Of a stretch of DNA of 64,000 nucleotides, positions 21,473-32,211 are shown in pieces. The position numbers and the translations under genes are program-made. Source of the DNA: an uncultured Planctomycetaceae bacterium (GTDB taxonomy: Bacteria; Planctomycetota; Planctomycetia; Planctomycetales; Planctomycetaceae); contig CAXBME010000017.1 in the NCBI GenBank assembly GCA_963976765.1, positions 1-64,000 of the forward strand. Direction: 5' to 3'. How positions within the stretch are numbered: the stretch's first letter is position 1; every line of letters begins with the position of its first letter. Below the pieces are notes generated by a model, which was not told the DNA's origin, made no database searches, and saw nothing but the letters and a program-made list of their open reading frames with translations.

Positions 21473-22076
21473 CATACGAATCGTTTACATCGTTGATGAT
21501 GACCCCGCCGTCCGACAGGCTGTAGGGATCGTGGCAAGGGCGCTTCGTGTCGAAGTACGCGCTTTTGCGAGAGCGGAAGACTTCCTGGCTGCGTGTGACG
21601 AATCAACGACAGGCTGCCTGGTACTCGATGTCCGAATGCCCGAAACCAGCGGCATCGAGCTGCAGCGAACGCTGAATGCTGCTGGAGTGCGCATTCCAAT
21701 CATTATGATGAGCGGTCATGCGGATGTAAGAATGGCTGTCGAGGCAATGTCTCAGGGAGCTTTCACGTTCCTTGAGAAACCGTTCCGGATGGAAGAGCTA
21801 TCAAGGACCATTGAAGAAGCACTCGCAGAATCGCATTCAGCCATTGAAGCTGTCCGGCGAAATGCTGAGATCAAATCGCGATTTGAATCGCTGACACATA
21901 AGGAACGAGAAGTGCTCGATTTGATTCTGAAGGGAAAAACGAATCGCGAGATGGCTCTGGAATTAAAGTTGAGTTTAAGAGCAATTGAAGATCGACGATC
22001 ACGAGTTATGAAACGAATGGAAACGTCATCCGTCGTTGATCTGGTCAGCACAGTTCAGGTACTTCACAACATTTGA
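21465..22076 (+). CDS. FixJ-like response regulator
   Basis: IVDDD, LDVRMP, MSGH, FLEKP, LuxR-type HTH. Confidence 0.9.
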   Translation: MDDIRIVYIVDDDPAVRQAVGIVARALRVEVRAFARAEDFLAACDESTTGCLVLDVRMPETSGIELQRTLNAAGVRIPIIMMSGHADVRMAVEAMSQGAFTFLEKPFRMEELSRTIEEALAESHSAIEAVRRNAEIKSRFESLTHKEREVLDLILKGKTNREMALELKLSLRAIEDRRSRVMKRMETSSVVDLVSTVQVLHNI

Positions 22077-22145
22077 TCGCGTAGCCCCGTATTTCGCCGA
22101 TAAGACAGACTCGTCCTTCGAGCCCGTCACATGAGTCTTCGACGG

Positions 22146-22400
22146 TTACGTCGTTTTCAGATCAAAATGAAATTCTCCACCGCCACTACCAGCTTCGGCG
22201 GTCAGCGAGGGTGGTGCAAAGGAACTGAATTGATCAGGAAATCGCTCTGCCGCACCGACATCCATCGGGGCAGCACCTGGATGCACTGGCGAGCGGTCTG
22301 GCATTTCCAGCCTGCTGATCACGTCGACGTAAGCACCTGGCAGGACTCCAGGCTTCGCCGGCAAGATGTCCACGAAATAGCAACCCTCTGAATCATTAAC
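22146..22400 (-). pseudogene. 3' remnant of a carboxypeptidase-regulatory-like domain protein
   Basis: DSEGCY...GVLPGAY..VISR...SLTAE...GEFHFDL resembles the C-terminal half of this common planctomycete family; the 5' part is replaced by transposase debris. Confidence 0.45.
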
Positions 22401-22419
22401 CGCACTGCTTGACCGACCT

Positions 22420-23180
22420 GTTCCCACCTGGGTAAGAAAAGTAATCACCTCGCCTTCGATTGGCAGGCTGTCGACGGTCACCAGGTTCCGCCAGTGCTGC
22501 TGGAACCGGAGCGGCCCAGTACTGGCGGCGTTCGCGGCGACCGCGTTTCTCATCGAGAGTCTCGTGATGTTGAAATTCGACACCGTCGGATTCGTGCTGC
22601 TCCATAGCGTCGAAGAACTGGATGACCGCCTGTTGCAGATTCGGCTGATTGCCTTTCACGGCAAGAACGTAATCGGCTCCGGCTTCACGCAGCACGCGGG
22701 CGATCTCCTTCTGACAACCCGCGTTCCTGTATGGCGAGGGGCGTCGATGGTGACGATGCAGTGAGTCAGGCAGAGCAGGCGAACCAGAGCCGGAATGGCT
22801 GTGATTTCGTTGGACTTTTCCGCCACGGCGACCTGTCCCAGCGAGACGCCCGACGTACTCGCCCACGCGCTGACACATGCGGCAGAGACTCATCACCAGC
22901 GCAATCATACGAACGCCGCGTCGTCTTGCCGTCGACTCCCACGACTTCACGAGGCGCCGTGGTTGCCTGGTAAGAATCAGGAGAGGCTGCTGTGTTCTCA
23001 TGAAAGTTTCCGCCACCTGGTGACTCACACAGACTTCCAGGGACTTGACATTCACGACGGAAAACAGACGAGCCAACGTTTCGTACAGGGGCACTCCGTG
23101 TTCGAACGGAAGGAACTGCAGCAGCCAGTCGAGCCGGTCGCAACCGAACTCGGCGACGCCTGCACCGCTATGCCCGCCAC
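22420..23180 (-). pseudogene. ISAs1-family transposase, frameshifted and truncated
   Basis: Fragments in different frames: DWLLQFLPFEHGVP, VGVDGKTTRRS, IVTIDA, GCQKEIA..ADYVLAVKGNQPNL, GRRERR. Confidence 0.85.
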
Positions 23181-23627
23181 CGTCCCGATACGTTCATCCT
23201 TCATGCGATTGCCCGGGGCGGAAGATTTCTAACCACAGAGACTCCTTACCCTGAATCCTGGACAGGTATCGGTGTTGCTCAGGAGTGAAAAAATCAGGTA
23301 CTTGCGGTTTGGATAATGTTCACGAGGAACGACCGGCGGCACCTGATGGACTGGGGAGCTTTGTTCTGTGATGTTGGCGACTTCTGTCTTGAGTTTGAAC
23401 CTCAGTTCCGGCGTCGGTTGCTGTCTGATCTCGCTCGACAACGCGATCGTGAATGACCGGATGCGTACTTGACATCAAGGATACGGTCTAACAAGCTCCC
23501 GGCACCTCACAATCGTGAGGTGTTCTGTCTTGAGCTTCCGTGTTGCAGGCTCACAGCCTCGGGCAGGATTCTCACTTGCTTCGACACACTCAGAGCCTGC
23601 CGCAGACACAACAGAAAGTTACTCATT

Positions 23628-23909
23628 ATGGCCAGAGCATCCGCTCGACACATTCTCGTCCCGGACGAAGCAACCTGCCTGAAACTGAAAGCCGACATCG
23701 AAGGCGGCACGGACTTCGCAGACGTTGCCAGGGAACATTCGCAGTGCCCGTCCGGTCAGCGCGGCGGCGATCTCGGAGAATTCGGACAGGGACAGATGGT
23801 TCCTGAATTTGACAAGGTTGTCTTCAACGACGACCTGAATGTTGTCCACGGCCCGGTTCAGACTCAGTTCGGCTACCACCTGCTGGAAATCACGAGCCGA
23901 TCTGAATAG
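23628..23909 (+). CDS. ppiC: parvulin peptidyl-prolyl isomerase
   Basis: ASARHILV, HSQCPSGQRGGDLGEF, QMVPEFD, TQFGYH. Confidence 0.95.
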   Translation: MARASARHILVPDEATCLKLKADIEGGTDFADVAREHSQCPSGQRGGDLGEFGQGQMVPEFDKVVFNDDLNVVHGPVQTQFGYHLLEITSRSE

Positions 23910-23928
23910 CACGAGATTCGTACAGAAC

Positions 23929-23971
23929 GAAAGCCATTGTCGCAGACTTGTTCAGCGACGATGGCTTTTTT
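23929..23971 (+). terminator. intrinsic terminator after ppiC
   Basis: AAAGCCATTGTCGC...GCGACGATGGCTTT stem followed by a T-run. Confidence 0.75.
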
Positions 23972-24050
23972 GCTTTTGCGCTCGCTCCAGGGTGAGTCGT
24001 TCTGAAACGAGTGTTTCGCTGCTGATCAGGAAAACTGTAGCGATTTTCTG

Positions 24051-24980
24051 ATGCCTACCGGTTGTGATGACGAAAATGAGTACGGTGCCGTTCTGCTTGC
24101 AAAGCACGTTGTCACTCAACTCGTAGCCTGTAATGACATCATGAAACACACATCCGGCAATCTGCATAAATCCGCCCACGCAGTCACCAGCCAGAGTTCT
24201 CTGGTATTTGAGATTACGCGGGGCCGGACCGACTCTCCTCTTCGCCCCATCAATCGCGACCGGTTTCTGATCGGAGCTGGCGAGCGATGCGACCTGCGGC
24301 TGGGTGGCGAGGGAATGTCGGCGGTTCACAGTGTGGTCCACATTGATGGCCGCGATATCTGGCTGGAAACTCTGGCCGACTCACCGGAAGTTCGTGTCAA
24401 CGGTCGACTGACTCGTTCGGCAGCTTTAGAGCCCGGCGACGATCTCGAAATCGGCTCGTTCAGCCTCACGCTGCATCGAACCAGCTCGGCGAAGCCCGTT
24501 CTGGCACCGCGAATTTACGGCGCGTCGGTTTCCGAGACTCTGACAGACGAGGAGCTTGCCAACCCGCTGGAAGAAATTGAAGAGCTGACAGCTCGCCAGC
24601 TGGTCGACCTGATCGATCAGGAAGAAGCACTTATTGAAGAGTTCGAAGCTCGACGGAAGATGGGTGCTCAGGCGTTGATGGATGTTGTCAAGAATCGGTT
24701 TCGCGAACTGGATGCCGAAGACGAAGCGGTTTCCGAGGAGCAACCAACTCCGAAGCAACTGCTGCACGAACTCCAGTCGGCGATTATCTCGCTCAACGAG
24801 TTTGCTCAGGAGTTTGACCGACGAACCGAACGGCTCAGCCAGACGGAATCGCAACGTGTCGCGAATTCACTGCTGGACTTTCAACAGCAGGTCGTCAGCC
24901 GACTGGACGGCGTGCTGGAGAAGATCGCCCAGATTGACCAGGCCGAACGCCAGCAGCCACCTCGACGCGACGTTGCCTGA
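24051..24980 (+). CDS. FHA-domain protein with coiled-coil C-terminus (start uncertain)
   Basis: FLIGAGERCDLRL, HSVV, VRVNG, GDDLEIG. Confidence 0.7.
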   Translation: MPTGCDDENEYGAVLLAKHVVTQLVACNDIMKHTSGNLHKSAHAVTSQSSLVFEITRGRTDSPLRPINRDRFLIGAGERCDLRLGGEGMSAVHSVVHIDGRDIWLETLADSPEVRVNGRLTRSAALEPGDDLEIGSFSLTLHRTSSAKPVLAPRIYGASVSETLTDEELANPLEEIEELTARQLVDLIDQEEALIEEFEARRKMGAQALMDVVKNRFRELDAEDEAVSEEQPTPKQLLHELQSAIISLNEFAQEFDRRTERLSQTESQRVANSLLDFQQQVVSRLDGVLEKIAQIDQAERQQPPRRDVA

Positions 24981-25211
24981 AGCAGAGCACGCAACGCGTC
25001 CAGAACACGGGTGGAAGTCTTCACAGGCTGGAACAGGCTCCTCGCAGTTCCGGCATCGGCGGCCCAGGTTCGTTTGGAATTCCCGGAGTCGCGTTTCGTC
25101 TGCGTTTGTCTTCGCAGCCCGAATATCCGGTATTGAGGCGTTTTGCGAGTCCTGAGACACTTCGCCGCTTGTCATTCCAATCGGTCGTCTCGGACAGGGA
25201 AGTCCTGCTTG

Positions 25212-25796
25212 ATGTGGATGTGTCGTCGGTTTCACACTGCGATCGTGCTGGTCGCTGCGCTCGCTTTCTGCGGGTTCGGTGGCTGTGTGGGTCCGCAGAT
25301 TCCGGCGACGCCTCAATACATGCAGAACCCCGTCTTCGTGCCGGCTACTGACTACGACGTGGTCTGGGAGAGCGCCGTCGACGTCATGCATTCGCTGCAG
25401 TTGCCGATTCAGCGAGAAAGCAAACTCGATGGCGTCATCGAGACCGACTACAAAGTCGGAGCTGGACTGCTGGAACCCTGGCACCAGGATGCGGTGACTT
25501 TTTCCGACCGGCTGGAAGGCTCGTTTCAGTCCATCCGTCGCCGAGCCGTCATGTCGATCACGCCAGTGCAGGGAGGATTTCTGGTCGGTGTCGAAGTCGT
25601 CAAAGAGATTGAAAACCCGGACAAGCTGATCATCAACTCGCCCGGCCACTCGACCTTCCAGGAAAATACGCCGTTGCAGCGTGACCTGAATGTCGTCATC
25701 GGCCCCGCCACTCCCGACGGATGGATCCCCCGAGGCCGCGACGCTGGTCTTGAGCAGTCGATCCTCGCCCGCCTCCAGGCTCCCGGTACTTATTAG
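25212..25796 (+). CDS. putative lipoprotein
   Basis: Hydrophobic signal ending GGC; coding-like composition. Confidence 0.6.
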   Translation: MWMCRRFHTAIVLVAALAFCGFGGCVGPQIPATPQYMQNPVFVPATDYDVVWESAVDVMHSLQLPIQRESKLDGVIETDYKVGAGLLEPWHQDAVTFSDRLEGSFQSIRRRAVMSITPVQGGFLVGVEVVKEIENPDKLIINSPGHSTFQENTPLQRDLNVVIGPATPDGWIPRGRDAGLEQSILARLQAPGTY

Positions 25797-26066
25797 ACCA
25801 TTTTCATGGTTTCTATGCAGAGACTGGCCCCCCGGAATAGTCATTGTTTCTCCGGTGGCATCCTGCAGAACACTGAAAACGAATTCTGAAAGTGCCCTGG
25901 ACTATTGCCGGAGGCCGTCGACCCGAACCAGGACGTCGCAAGAGCCTCGTCCTCTGTTTACCTGGCAGCCTTTCTACGGGACACTGGACGCCATTGAACG
26001 ATCGAGCCGAGTCTGCCATCGCCGCCCGGTGGGCCACCCGTCATCGGCGAGTTTCGGCGCGACAAA

Positions 26067-28550
26067 ATGCTTCCACCCAATCTGGAAATCAGGACAACGA
26101 CGATGCTGACGAGAACTTTTCGACTGTGCATAGGAGTTCTGATACTGGCTTCTTTTGACGCCGCTCCATTGCTCGCGGCCATTGTTCCCGAACCGGCAAC
26201 GGTGACGCTGGTCGGACCACATGCTCAGCAGCAGTTGATCGTGGGAGAAACCGTCGACGGGCTGAACGTTGATCTGACTCGGAAAGTCGAATTCGTTTCC
26301 GAAAACACAGCGGTCGCGACTGTCGATGCAAAGGGGCTGGTGAGTCCGGTTTCGGATGGTAAGACCGTTATTCTGGTTCGACGCGGCGCCGACGAAGCTC
26401 GAGTCATCATCGAAGTAAAAGACGGAAAAAAGCAGCAGCCCGTCGACTTTCAGAATGACATCATGCCGATCCTGACGGCCGGAGCGTGCAACTCGGGGCC
26501 GTGCCACGGGAAGGCTCGCGGGCAGAACGGATTTCAATTGTCGCTACTTGGATTTGATGCGAACTTTGATTACGCCGCGCTGGCGAAGGAAGCTCGCGGG
26601 CGGCGAGTATTTCTGCCGTCTCCCGAAGAAAGCCTGCTGCTGCTGAAGCCGGCAGGAAAGATGCCGCACGGCGGCGGAATTCGACTGGCAGCCAACGGGC
26701 CGGAGTACGAAACGCTGCTTCGCTGGATCAACGCCGGAATGCCTCGGCAGGTTGAGAGCGCTCCCGAGTTGACGGGAATCTCCGTCACCCCGACCGATCG
26801 AATTCTCGGTCGCCAGGCTGACCAGCAACTGATCGTCACCGCTCATTATGCAGATGGCTCATCGCGGGATGTGACGCGGCAGTCTCATTATCAGAGCAAC
26901 GAAGGCGGGATCGCCGGTGTTGATGACGAAGGGCTTGTCTCGACGACTGGCGTGACCGGCGAAGCGGCGATTACGACTCGGTACATGGGCATGTTCGCCG
27001 TCGCGACCGTTTCCGTACCGCTGCGAGAGAAAGTGCCGGGCGATGTTTACGAGAAACTTCCGAGAAACAATTTCATCGACGACCTTGTCTGGAAGAAGCT
27101 GCAACGGCTGAACCTGACTCCTTCGGAGCCGGCTCCCGATCACACCTTTCTGCGGCGAGCCTTTATCGACATCATCGGTCGGGTTCCGACAAAGGACGAA
27201 ACGCGAGAGTTCCTGACAGAGACATCACCAGATCGCCGCGTCAAACTGATCGACCGGCTGCTCGACGATCCCGAATACGCCGACCACTGGGCGAACAAAT
27301 GGGCGGACCTGTTGCGTCCGAACCCGTACCACACCGGCATCAAAGCCGTGCTGAATTACGACCACTGGATTCGCGATTCGTTCCGCAAGAACAAACCATA
27401 CGATCAATTTGTGAAAGAGCTGCTGACCGCCAAAGGCAGCACCTTCAAGCATGGTGCCGTGACGATGTTCCGCGACCGTCGAACTCCCGACGAGCTGACC
27501 ACAATCGTCAGTCAGTTATTTCTGGGCATTCGGCTGGAATGTGCGAAGTGTCACCACCACCCGAACGAAGTGTGGGGCCAGGCCGACTTCTACGGACTGG
27601 CGGCATACTTTGATCGAGTCGATCGTAAAGGAACGGGAATCTCTGCCCCGATTTCAGGTTCCGAAGAGTTCTTCTTTGCCGGCAGACGCCGAGCGGTCAA
27701 GCACCCGTTGACCGGTGATGAGGTCGCTGCCAAGCCGCTGTTCGGCGAAGCCGCCGTTCCCGAGGACGTCAACGATCCTCGCGACATACTCGCTGACTGG
27801 GTGACGTCCGACGACAACCCGTTCTTTCGACAGGTCATCTCGAACCGAGTCTGGTTCGACATGATGGGCCGAGGCCTGGTCGAGCCGGTTGACGACCTGC
27901 GAGCCTCCAATCCTCCATCGAATCCTGAACTGCTCGAAGCACTGGCCGTAGACCTTCGCGAGCACGACTACGACCTCAAGCATCTGATTCGGACAATCGC
28001 TTCGTCGTACGTTTACGGGCTGAGTTCCGTTCCAAACGATCGAAACTCGGTCGACACTCGCAACTACTCGCGTTTCTACCGAGATCGTCTGCGAGCCGAA
28101 GTGCTGCTGGATTCGGTTTCGCAGATCACCGGCGTTGAGGAAAACTTCGAGGCCATGCCGCCCGGCTCATCGGCGAGACAACTCTGGTCCCACCGCATCG
28201 ATTCGCTGTTCCTCGACGCGTTCGGTCGTCCGGATCCGAATCAGAATCCACCCTGCGAAAGAATGCCGGACACCACAATCGTCCAGGCTCTACACCTGAT
28301 GAACTCGCAGAAGCTCTACGACAAAGTGACCAGTGATTCCGGCCTGGCAGCGACCGTGGCTTCCAGCGACCTGGAAGCGGACAAAGTCATCGAAGAGCTG
28401 TACCTGTCAGTCTACTCACGTTTCCCGACCACTGAAGAAAAAGCCGCCGCCGTCGCCCTGCTGAACGAAGACACCGCCAGCCGCAGAAAAACTGCCGAAG
28501 GCCTCCTCTGGGCCATGCTCAACACCCCGGAATTCGTCTTCAAACATTGA
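26067..28550 (+). CDS. DUF1549/DUF1553 protein with Ig-like (Big_2) domains
   Basis: NNFIDD, FLRRAFIDIIGRVPT, CAKCHHHP, NRVW...GRGLVEPVDD. Confidence 0.9.
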   Translation: MLPPNLEIRTTTMLTRTFRLCIGVLILASFDAAPLLAAIVPEPATVTLVGPHAQQQLIVGETVDGLNVDLTRKVEFVSENTAVATVDAKGLVSPVSDGKTVILVRRGADEARVIIEVKDGKKQQPVDFQNDIMPILTAGACNSGPCHGKARGQNGFQLSLLGFDANFDYAALAKEARGRRVFLPSPEESLLLLKPAGKMPHGGGIRLAANGPEYETLLRWINAGMPRQVESAPELTGISVTPTDRILGRQADQQLIVTAHYADGSSRDVTRQSHYQSNEGGIAGVDDEGLVSTTGVTGEAAITTRYMGMFAVATVSVPLREKVPGDVYEKLPRNNFIDDLVWKKLQRLNLTPSEPAPDHTFLRRAFIDIIGRVPTKDETREFLTETSPDRRVKLIDRLLDDPEYADHWANKWADLLRPNPYHTGIKAVLNYDHWIRDSFRKNKPYDQFVKELLTAKGSTFKHGAVTMFRDRRTPDELTTIVSQLFLGIRLECAKCHHHPNEVWGQADFYGLAAYFDRVDRKGTGISAPISGSEEFFFAGRRRAVKHPLTGDEVAAKPLFGEAAVPEDVNDPRDILADWVTSDDNPFFRQVISNRVWFDMMGRGLVEPVDDLRASNPPSNPELLEALAVDLREHDYDLKHLIRTIASSYVYGLSSVPNDRNSVDTRNYSRFYRDRLRAEVLLDSVSQITGVEENFEAMPPGSSARQLWSHRIDSLFLDAFGRPDPNQNPPCERMPDTTIVQALHLMNSQKLYDKVTSDSGLAATVASSDLEADKVIEELYLSVYSRFPTTEEKAAAVALLNEDTASRRKTAEGLLWAMLNTPEFVFKH

Positions 28551-28685
28551 TCACCAGAAAGCAGACGTTTTCCAATTTACCTCGTGTTGCTCCGCCGCCC
28601 TGGTTGCAAGTAACCGCAGCCACCCGAATTGTGTGAGTGCACGTTCAGACGGGTCGTAGGACACCGAGCGGAAGATTGATGAGTC

Positions 28686-31004
28686 TCAGGAAACGGCGCG
28701 GACGACGACTCGGTTGCCGGCCACTTCGATCACCTCGACAGGGGTGCCGGGGTCGATGAATTCGCCTGAACTGACGACATCGACGAGTTTGCCATTGATG
28801 TGCGCTTTCCCCGATGGTCGCAGCGTTGAGTAAGCGGTTCCGGTCTGAGTCAGCAGGCTGATGTTCTCATCGATCTGTAATGTCCGCGAGGGATCACCCG
28901 TAACGGCAGGGTTCAGCAGTGGGCCGCCGTCGTCGACAGTGCCGGGTGCCGCGAGAACGAAGCCTCGCAAACCGGGAATGCGCGGCATGAAGTGACTGAT
29001 GACCGCGCCGACCGCGACCACCGCGACTATCGAACTGCTGAGCGTGCCGATCGTCCAGCTGAACTGATCGAACTCGGCACTGGTCGAAGGAATGACAAAC
29101 GTCTGGCTGGCGAGAATCAAAGACGCGATGACCGCCAGACCGCCAGAGAGACCAAACACTCCGAATCCAGGGATGACGAAGATCTCCATCGCGATCAACG
29201 CAAGGCCGAAGATGAACAGAGTCACTTCCAGCCAGCCGGCTGTCCCCCCAAGGAATCGGCTCCAGAAGAAAATGGCAAAGCACAACGCGCCGCCAATTCC
29301 GAAGAAACCACTGACCGTGTAAACCTCAAGGTAAATGCAGATCAGGCCGACCATGAACAATAGAAACGTGACGCCGGGCGATTTCAGGATAGCGATCAGT
29401 GTGTCGACCCAGGTCTGTTCGGATGCGGGCACGACGGAGGTCGCCGGAATTCCGAGTCTTTGTTTCAACTCGCCCATGTCATGAACGGGTTCGTTGGCGA
29501 GTTGCAGATCGTGAGCGCGTCGACCGTTGACCGTCAGCAGGTTGTCCTCGCGAGACTCGGGAACCATCGCCCCTTTGATCCATTCTCCGCCTGAGGCTTC
29601 GATTTCGGCCTCGGACATGAATGACCTGCGGCCTGTCTGGCTGTGTGTGACTTCGAAGACTCGCAGATCTTTGTCGGCCATTGCTTCGAGTAACGCAGGC
29701 GGTCGGCCTTTGCGTTTGGCGAGAACTTTCATCGTCTCACGAAGCGGGCTGAGAACTTTTTCCGGAGCTCTCTCGAAAGGCTCTCCCGGTCGCATTTCGA
29801 TTGGGCCGGCGTCACCGATTTTTGCTTCGGGGTGTAAATAGATATCGTCACAGCCCATCGAGATGATCGCGGCGCCGCTGTAAGCGAATTCGGGAATGTA
29901 GGCGACCGTGCGATGCTTCTTACTATCCAGCTTCGATATCCGCTCAGCCAGCTGCTCGCTGTCCAGCAGGTATCCGCCTGGAGATTTGATTTCGAAGATG
30001 ATCAGGTTTGCGTCTTCAGCGACAGCGCGGCGAATCTCCCGCTCGACGTACTCATGAAGGATCGGATCAATCACGCCGTCGATTTTGATGATGCGGGCAC
30101 GCGGAGGTTTATCGGTACTAAGGCTTTCACGCAGATAGCGACGATCGAAGCCGTACAGATCGGCCAGGTCAACGCGGTCTTCGGCAGTCTGCATGACGAG
30201 AACGTCGAGTTGCCTGGCGCGTTTCCCCGAAAGCAGCAGAACATCGCCTTTCTCTTTGATCGTGATGACGTCGGGAATAGCAACGTCCGATTCCTGAAGC
30301 CTCTGCATTTCTTCGCTGGTGACAACACGAGTCTCGGTCACTCGATTGGCGTCTTCGCCAGAGACGACTTTAATCTTGAGCACCGTTCGCGCTGGTTCGA
30401 CAAAGCCAGCCGCCAGTGCGCCGTTGACTTTGGTGTTGTAACGCTTTTCGACGAGGTTGATGATCGAAAGCTGTTCGTCGTTATCGAGAGCCGTCCCTCG
30501 ACCCACGTCGCCGATTTCCGCATCCGGGTGCATGACAATTTCCCGGCAGGCCAGAGCAATGACCGCTGTGTAGCCGGTCAGAGGTTTCCCCGATTTGTCT
30601 TTCGGGATCCAGGCGATGGTGCGAACTCGAGAGTACTTTGACGAGGTCAACTCTTTCGCCAGGTCACTCACCTGCCCGAACGTGCTCGACCCGCGTTCGA
30701 TTTCGAGAATCAGAATTGTGTCGCGATCTTCCAGCTCAGCCTGATGCTGCAACTCGACCAGCGCGTTGCGAACTCGCGAGAAAACAACCTCGCCTGCTGG
30801 ATTCGTAACCGTGATGTATCGAGCGACCGGCCCGTCAGACTTTGCCTGAGGCTCGGTCGGCTCTTCCGTCGACACTTCATTTGAATCGTCGACCGTTTCT
30901 TTCGAAGCCTCGTCTGCAACCTCATCCTGAGAAAACGAAACGCCTGCGGAAAACAACGCGAATCCGGCAGCGATCAGAAAAAGCAGGATGATTCGTTTAG
31001 CCAT
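28686..31004 (-). CDS. NfeD-family membrane serine protease (two ClpP-like domains plus TM plus OB fold)
   Basis: IKSPGG, AYSGAAII, TM block, LRPSGKA...VDVVS. Confidence 0.85.
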   Translation of the reverse strand: MAKRIILLFLIAAGFALFSAGVSFSQDEVADEASKETVDDSNEVSTEEPTEPQAKSDGPVARYITVTNPAGEVVFSRVRNALVELQHQAELEDRDTILILEIERGSSTFGQVSDLAKELTSSKYSRVRTIAWIPKDKSGKPLTGYTAVIALACREIVMHPDAEIGDVGRGTALDNDEQLSIINLVEKRYNTKVNGALAAGFVEPARTVLKIKVVSGEDANRVTETRVVTSEEMQRLQESDVAIPDVITIKEKGDVLLLSGKRARQLDVLVMQTAEDRVDLADLYGFDRRYLRESLSTDKPPRARIIKIDGVIDPILHEYVEREIRRAVAEDANLIIFEIKSPGGYLLDSEQLAERISKLDSKKHRTVAYIPEFAYSGAAIISMGCDDIYLHPEAKIGDAGPIEMRPGEPFERAPEKVLSPLRETMKVLAKRKGRPPALLEAMADKDLRVFEVTHSQTGRRSFMSEAEIEASGGEWIKGAMVPESREDNLLTVNGRRAHDLQLANEPVHDMGELKQRLGIPATSVVPASEQTWVDTLIAILKSPGVTFLLFMVGLICIYLEVYTVSGFFGIGGALCFAIFFWSRFLGGTAGWLEVTLFIFGLALIAMEIFVIPGFGVFGLSGGLAVIASLILASQTFVIPSTSAEFDQFSWTIGTLSSSIVAVVAVGAVISHFMPRIPGLRGFVLAAPGTVDDGGPLLNPAVTGDPSRTLQIDENISLLTQTGTAYSTLRPSGKAHINGKLVDVVSSGEFIDPGTPVEVIEVAGNRVVVRAVS

Positions 31005-31277
31005 CTGAGACCCTCAAAAACAGAAACCGGTTGTTGCAGAGTTTCGCAACGCCCGACACGCAGCATGGATCAGCACTCGCTGAGATCAGTCCGCATTGTT
31101 TCGTGCCGATTCCGGGCAATGCAAGCGGCTTCGGCCATGCAACAGAGCCGAAACCGGGGGCGGCGTGTCGCACAGTTTTTTGAAAAAATGAGAGATATCT
31201 CTCGAAAGAGATAACTCTTTCGCCGGTCCGCTGCCGATCTAAGAGATATCTCACTCACGGATCGAAAAGGAGAAGTC

Positions 31278-31586
31278 ATGGCAGGAAGCCACAACCCCGA
31301 AGCTGCTACGGAGACGCCACTTGTTCCCAAACTGATTCGCTGGCCGCAGGACTGGGTCGAGAGAGTCGACCAGGTTCGAGGAGACCAGTCTTTCAGCGAT
31401 TTCGTCCGCACTGCGGTGCACATGCTGATCGACAATGGCGAACTTTCAACTCCGCCAGCGTGGGGGCAGGGGACGCCAAAAATCATCTCGCCCGAAGAAA
31501 TCATCGAGCAGATTCGGCAGGCGACGGATGAAGAACTCAACAAGACCGAATCGGTAGATTCACCAACAAAGAAACGCAGCGCCTGA
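31278..31586 (+). CDS. small hypothetical protein, possible ribbon-helix-helix
   Basis: AGGAG RBS; KLIRWP...SFSDFVRTAV pattern. Confidence 0.55.
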   Translation: MAGSHNPEAATETPLVPKLIRWPQDWVERVDQVRGDQSFSDFVRTAVHMLIDNGELSTPPAWGQGTPKIISPEEIIEQIRQATDEELNKTESVDSPTKKRSA

Positions 31587-31647
31587 GTTGTGACAAGCCT
31601 TGCCGTCTTGCTCCAACCTTCGCTGCCAGACAGACGGAGCAATTCAG

Positions 31648-31878
31648 ATGGAACTTCGACAACTCGTAGAACAGCTTTCGGCCAGGGTAGAACTTCACGA
31701 AACGGAATCGGCCGCCTTCGCTCAGGAAGTGGAACGCGGTCGCGACATCTTCGAAAGCGAATGCGGACGCCACTACCACGACGGCAGCGCCGACGCGATC
31801 CGCGAAACGCTCGATCTGCTCTCTATGCTCTACATCCCTGACGACAGCAGAGCGCTTCCGGTGACGCCAGGAATTTAG
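31648..31878 (+). CDS. small hypothetical protein
   Basis: GGAG RBS and ATG; coding-like composition. Confidence 0.5.
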   Translation: MELRQLVEQLSARVELHETESAAFAQEVERGRDIFESECGRHYHDGSADAIRETLDLLSMLYIPDDSRALPVTPGI

Positions 31879-32137
31879 GTCAGGTCTGCCGGTTCTGCCC
31901 CGTAATGGTGAGCCGAACGCGCTGATTCGACCGAATTAAACGTCCCAGACAATCGAAAAACCCACCCGATCGGCAAGGTAACGTTCTGTTTTCAAAAACG
32001 GCCCGACCTGTTGGGCTGACGAGCATCCTGTGATTTCAGGAAAACCTGGATTTCAACTCACAACAATCTCGACACGAACCCGATGAGACATTTGCAACGG
32101 CGACTATCAAAGTTACCATTCCGTTTTTCACGCACTG

Positions 32138-32211
32138 GGGCGATTAGCTCAGTTGGCTAGAGCGCCACGTTTACACCGTGGATGTCGGGGGTTCGAGCCC
32201 CTCATCGCCCA
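32138..32211 (+). tRNA. tRNA-Val (TAC), CCA not encoded
   Basis: Acceptor GGGCGAT/ATCGCCC, D-arm GCTC/GAGC, anticodon arm CCACG-TTTACAC-CGTGG, T-loop TTCGAGC. Confidence 0.96.
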
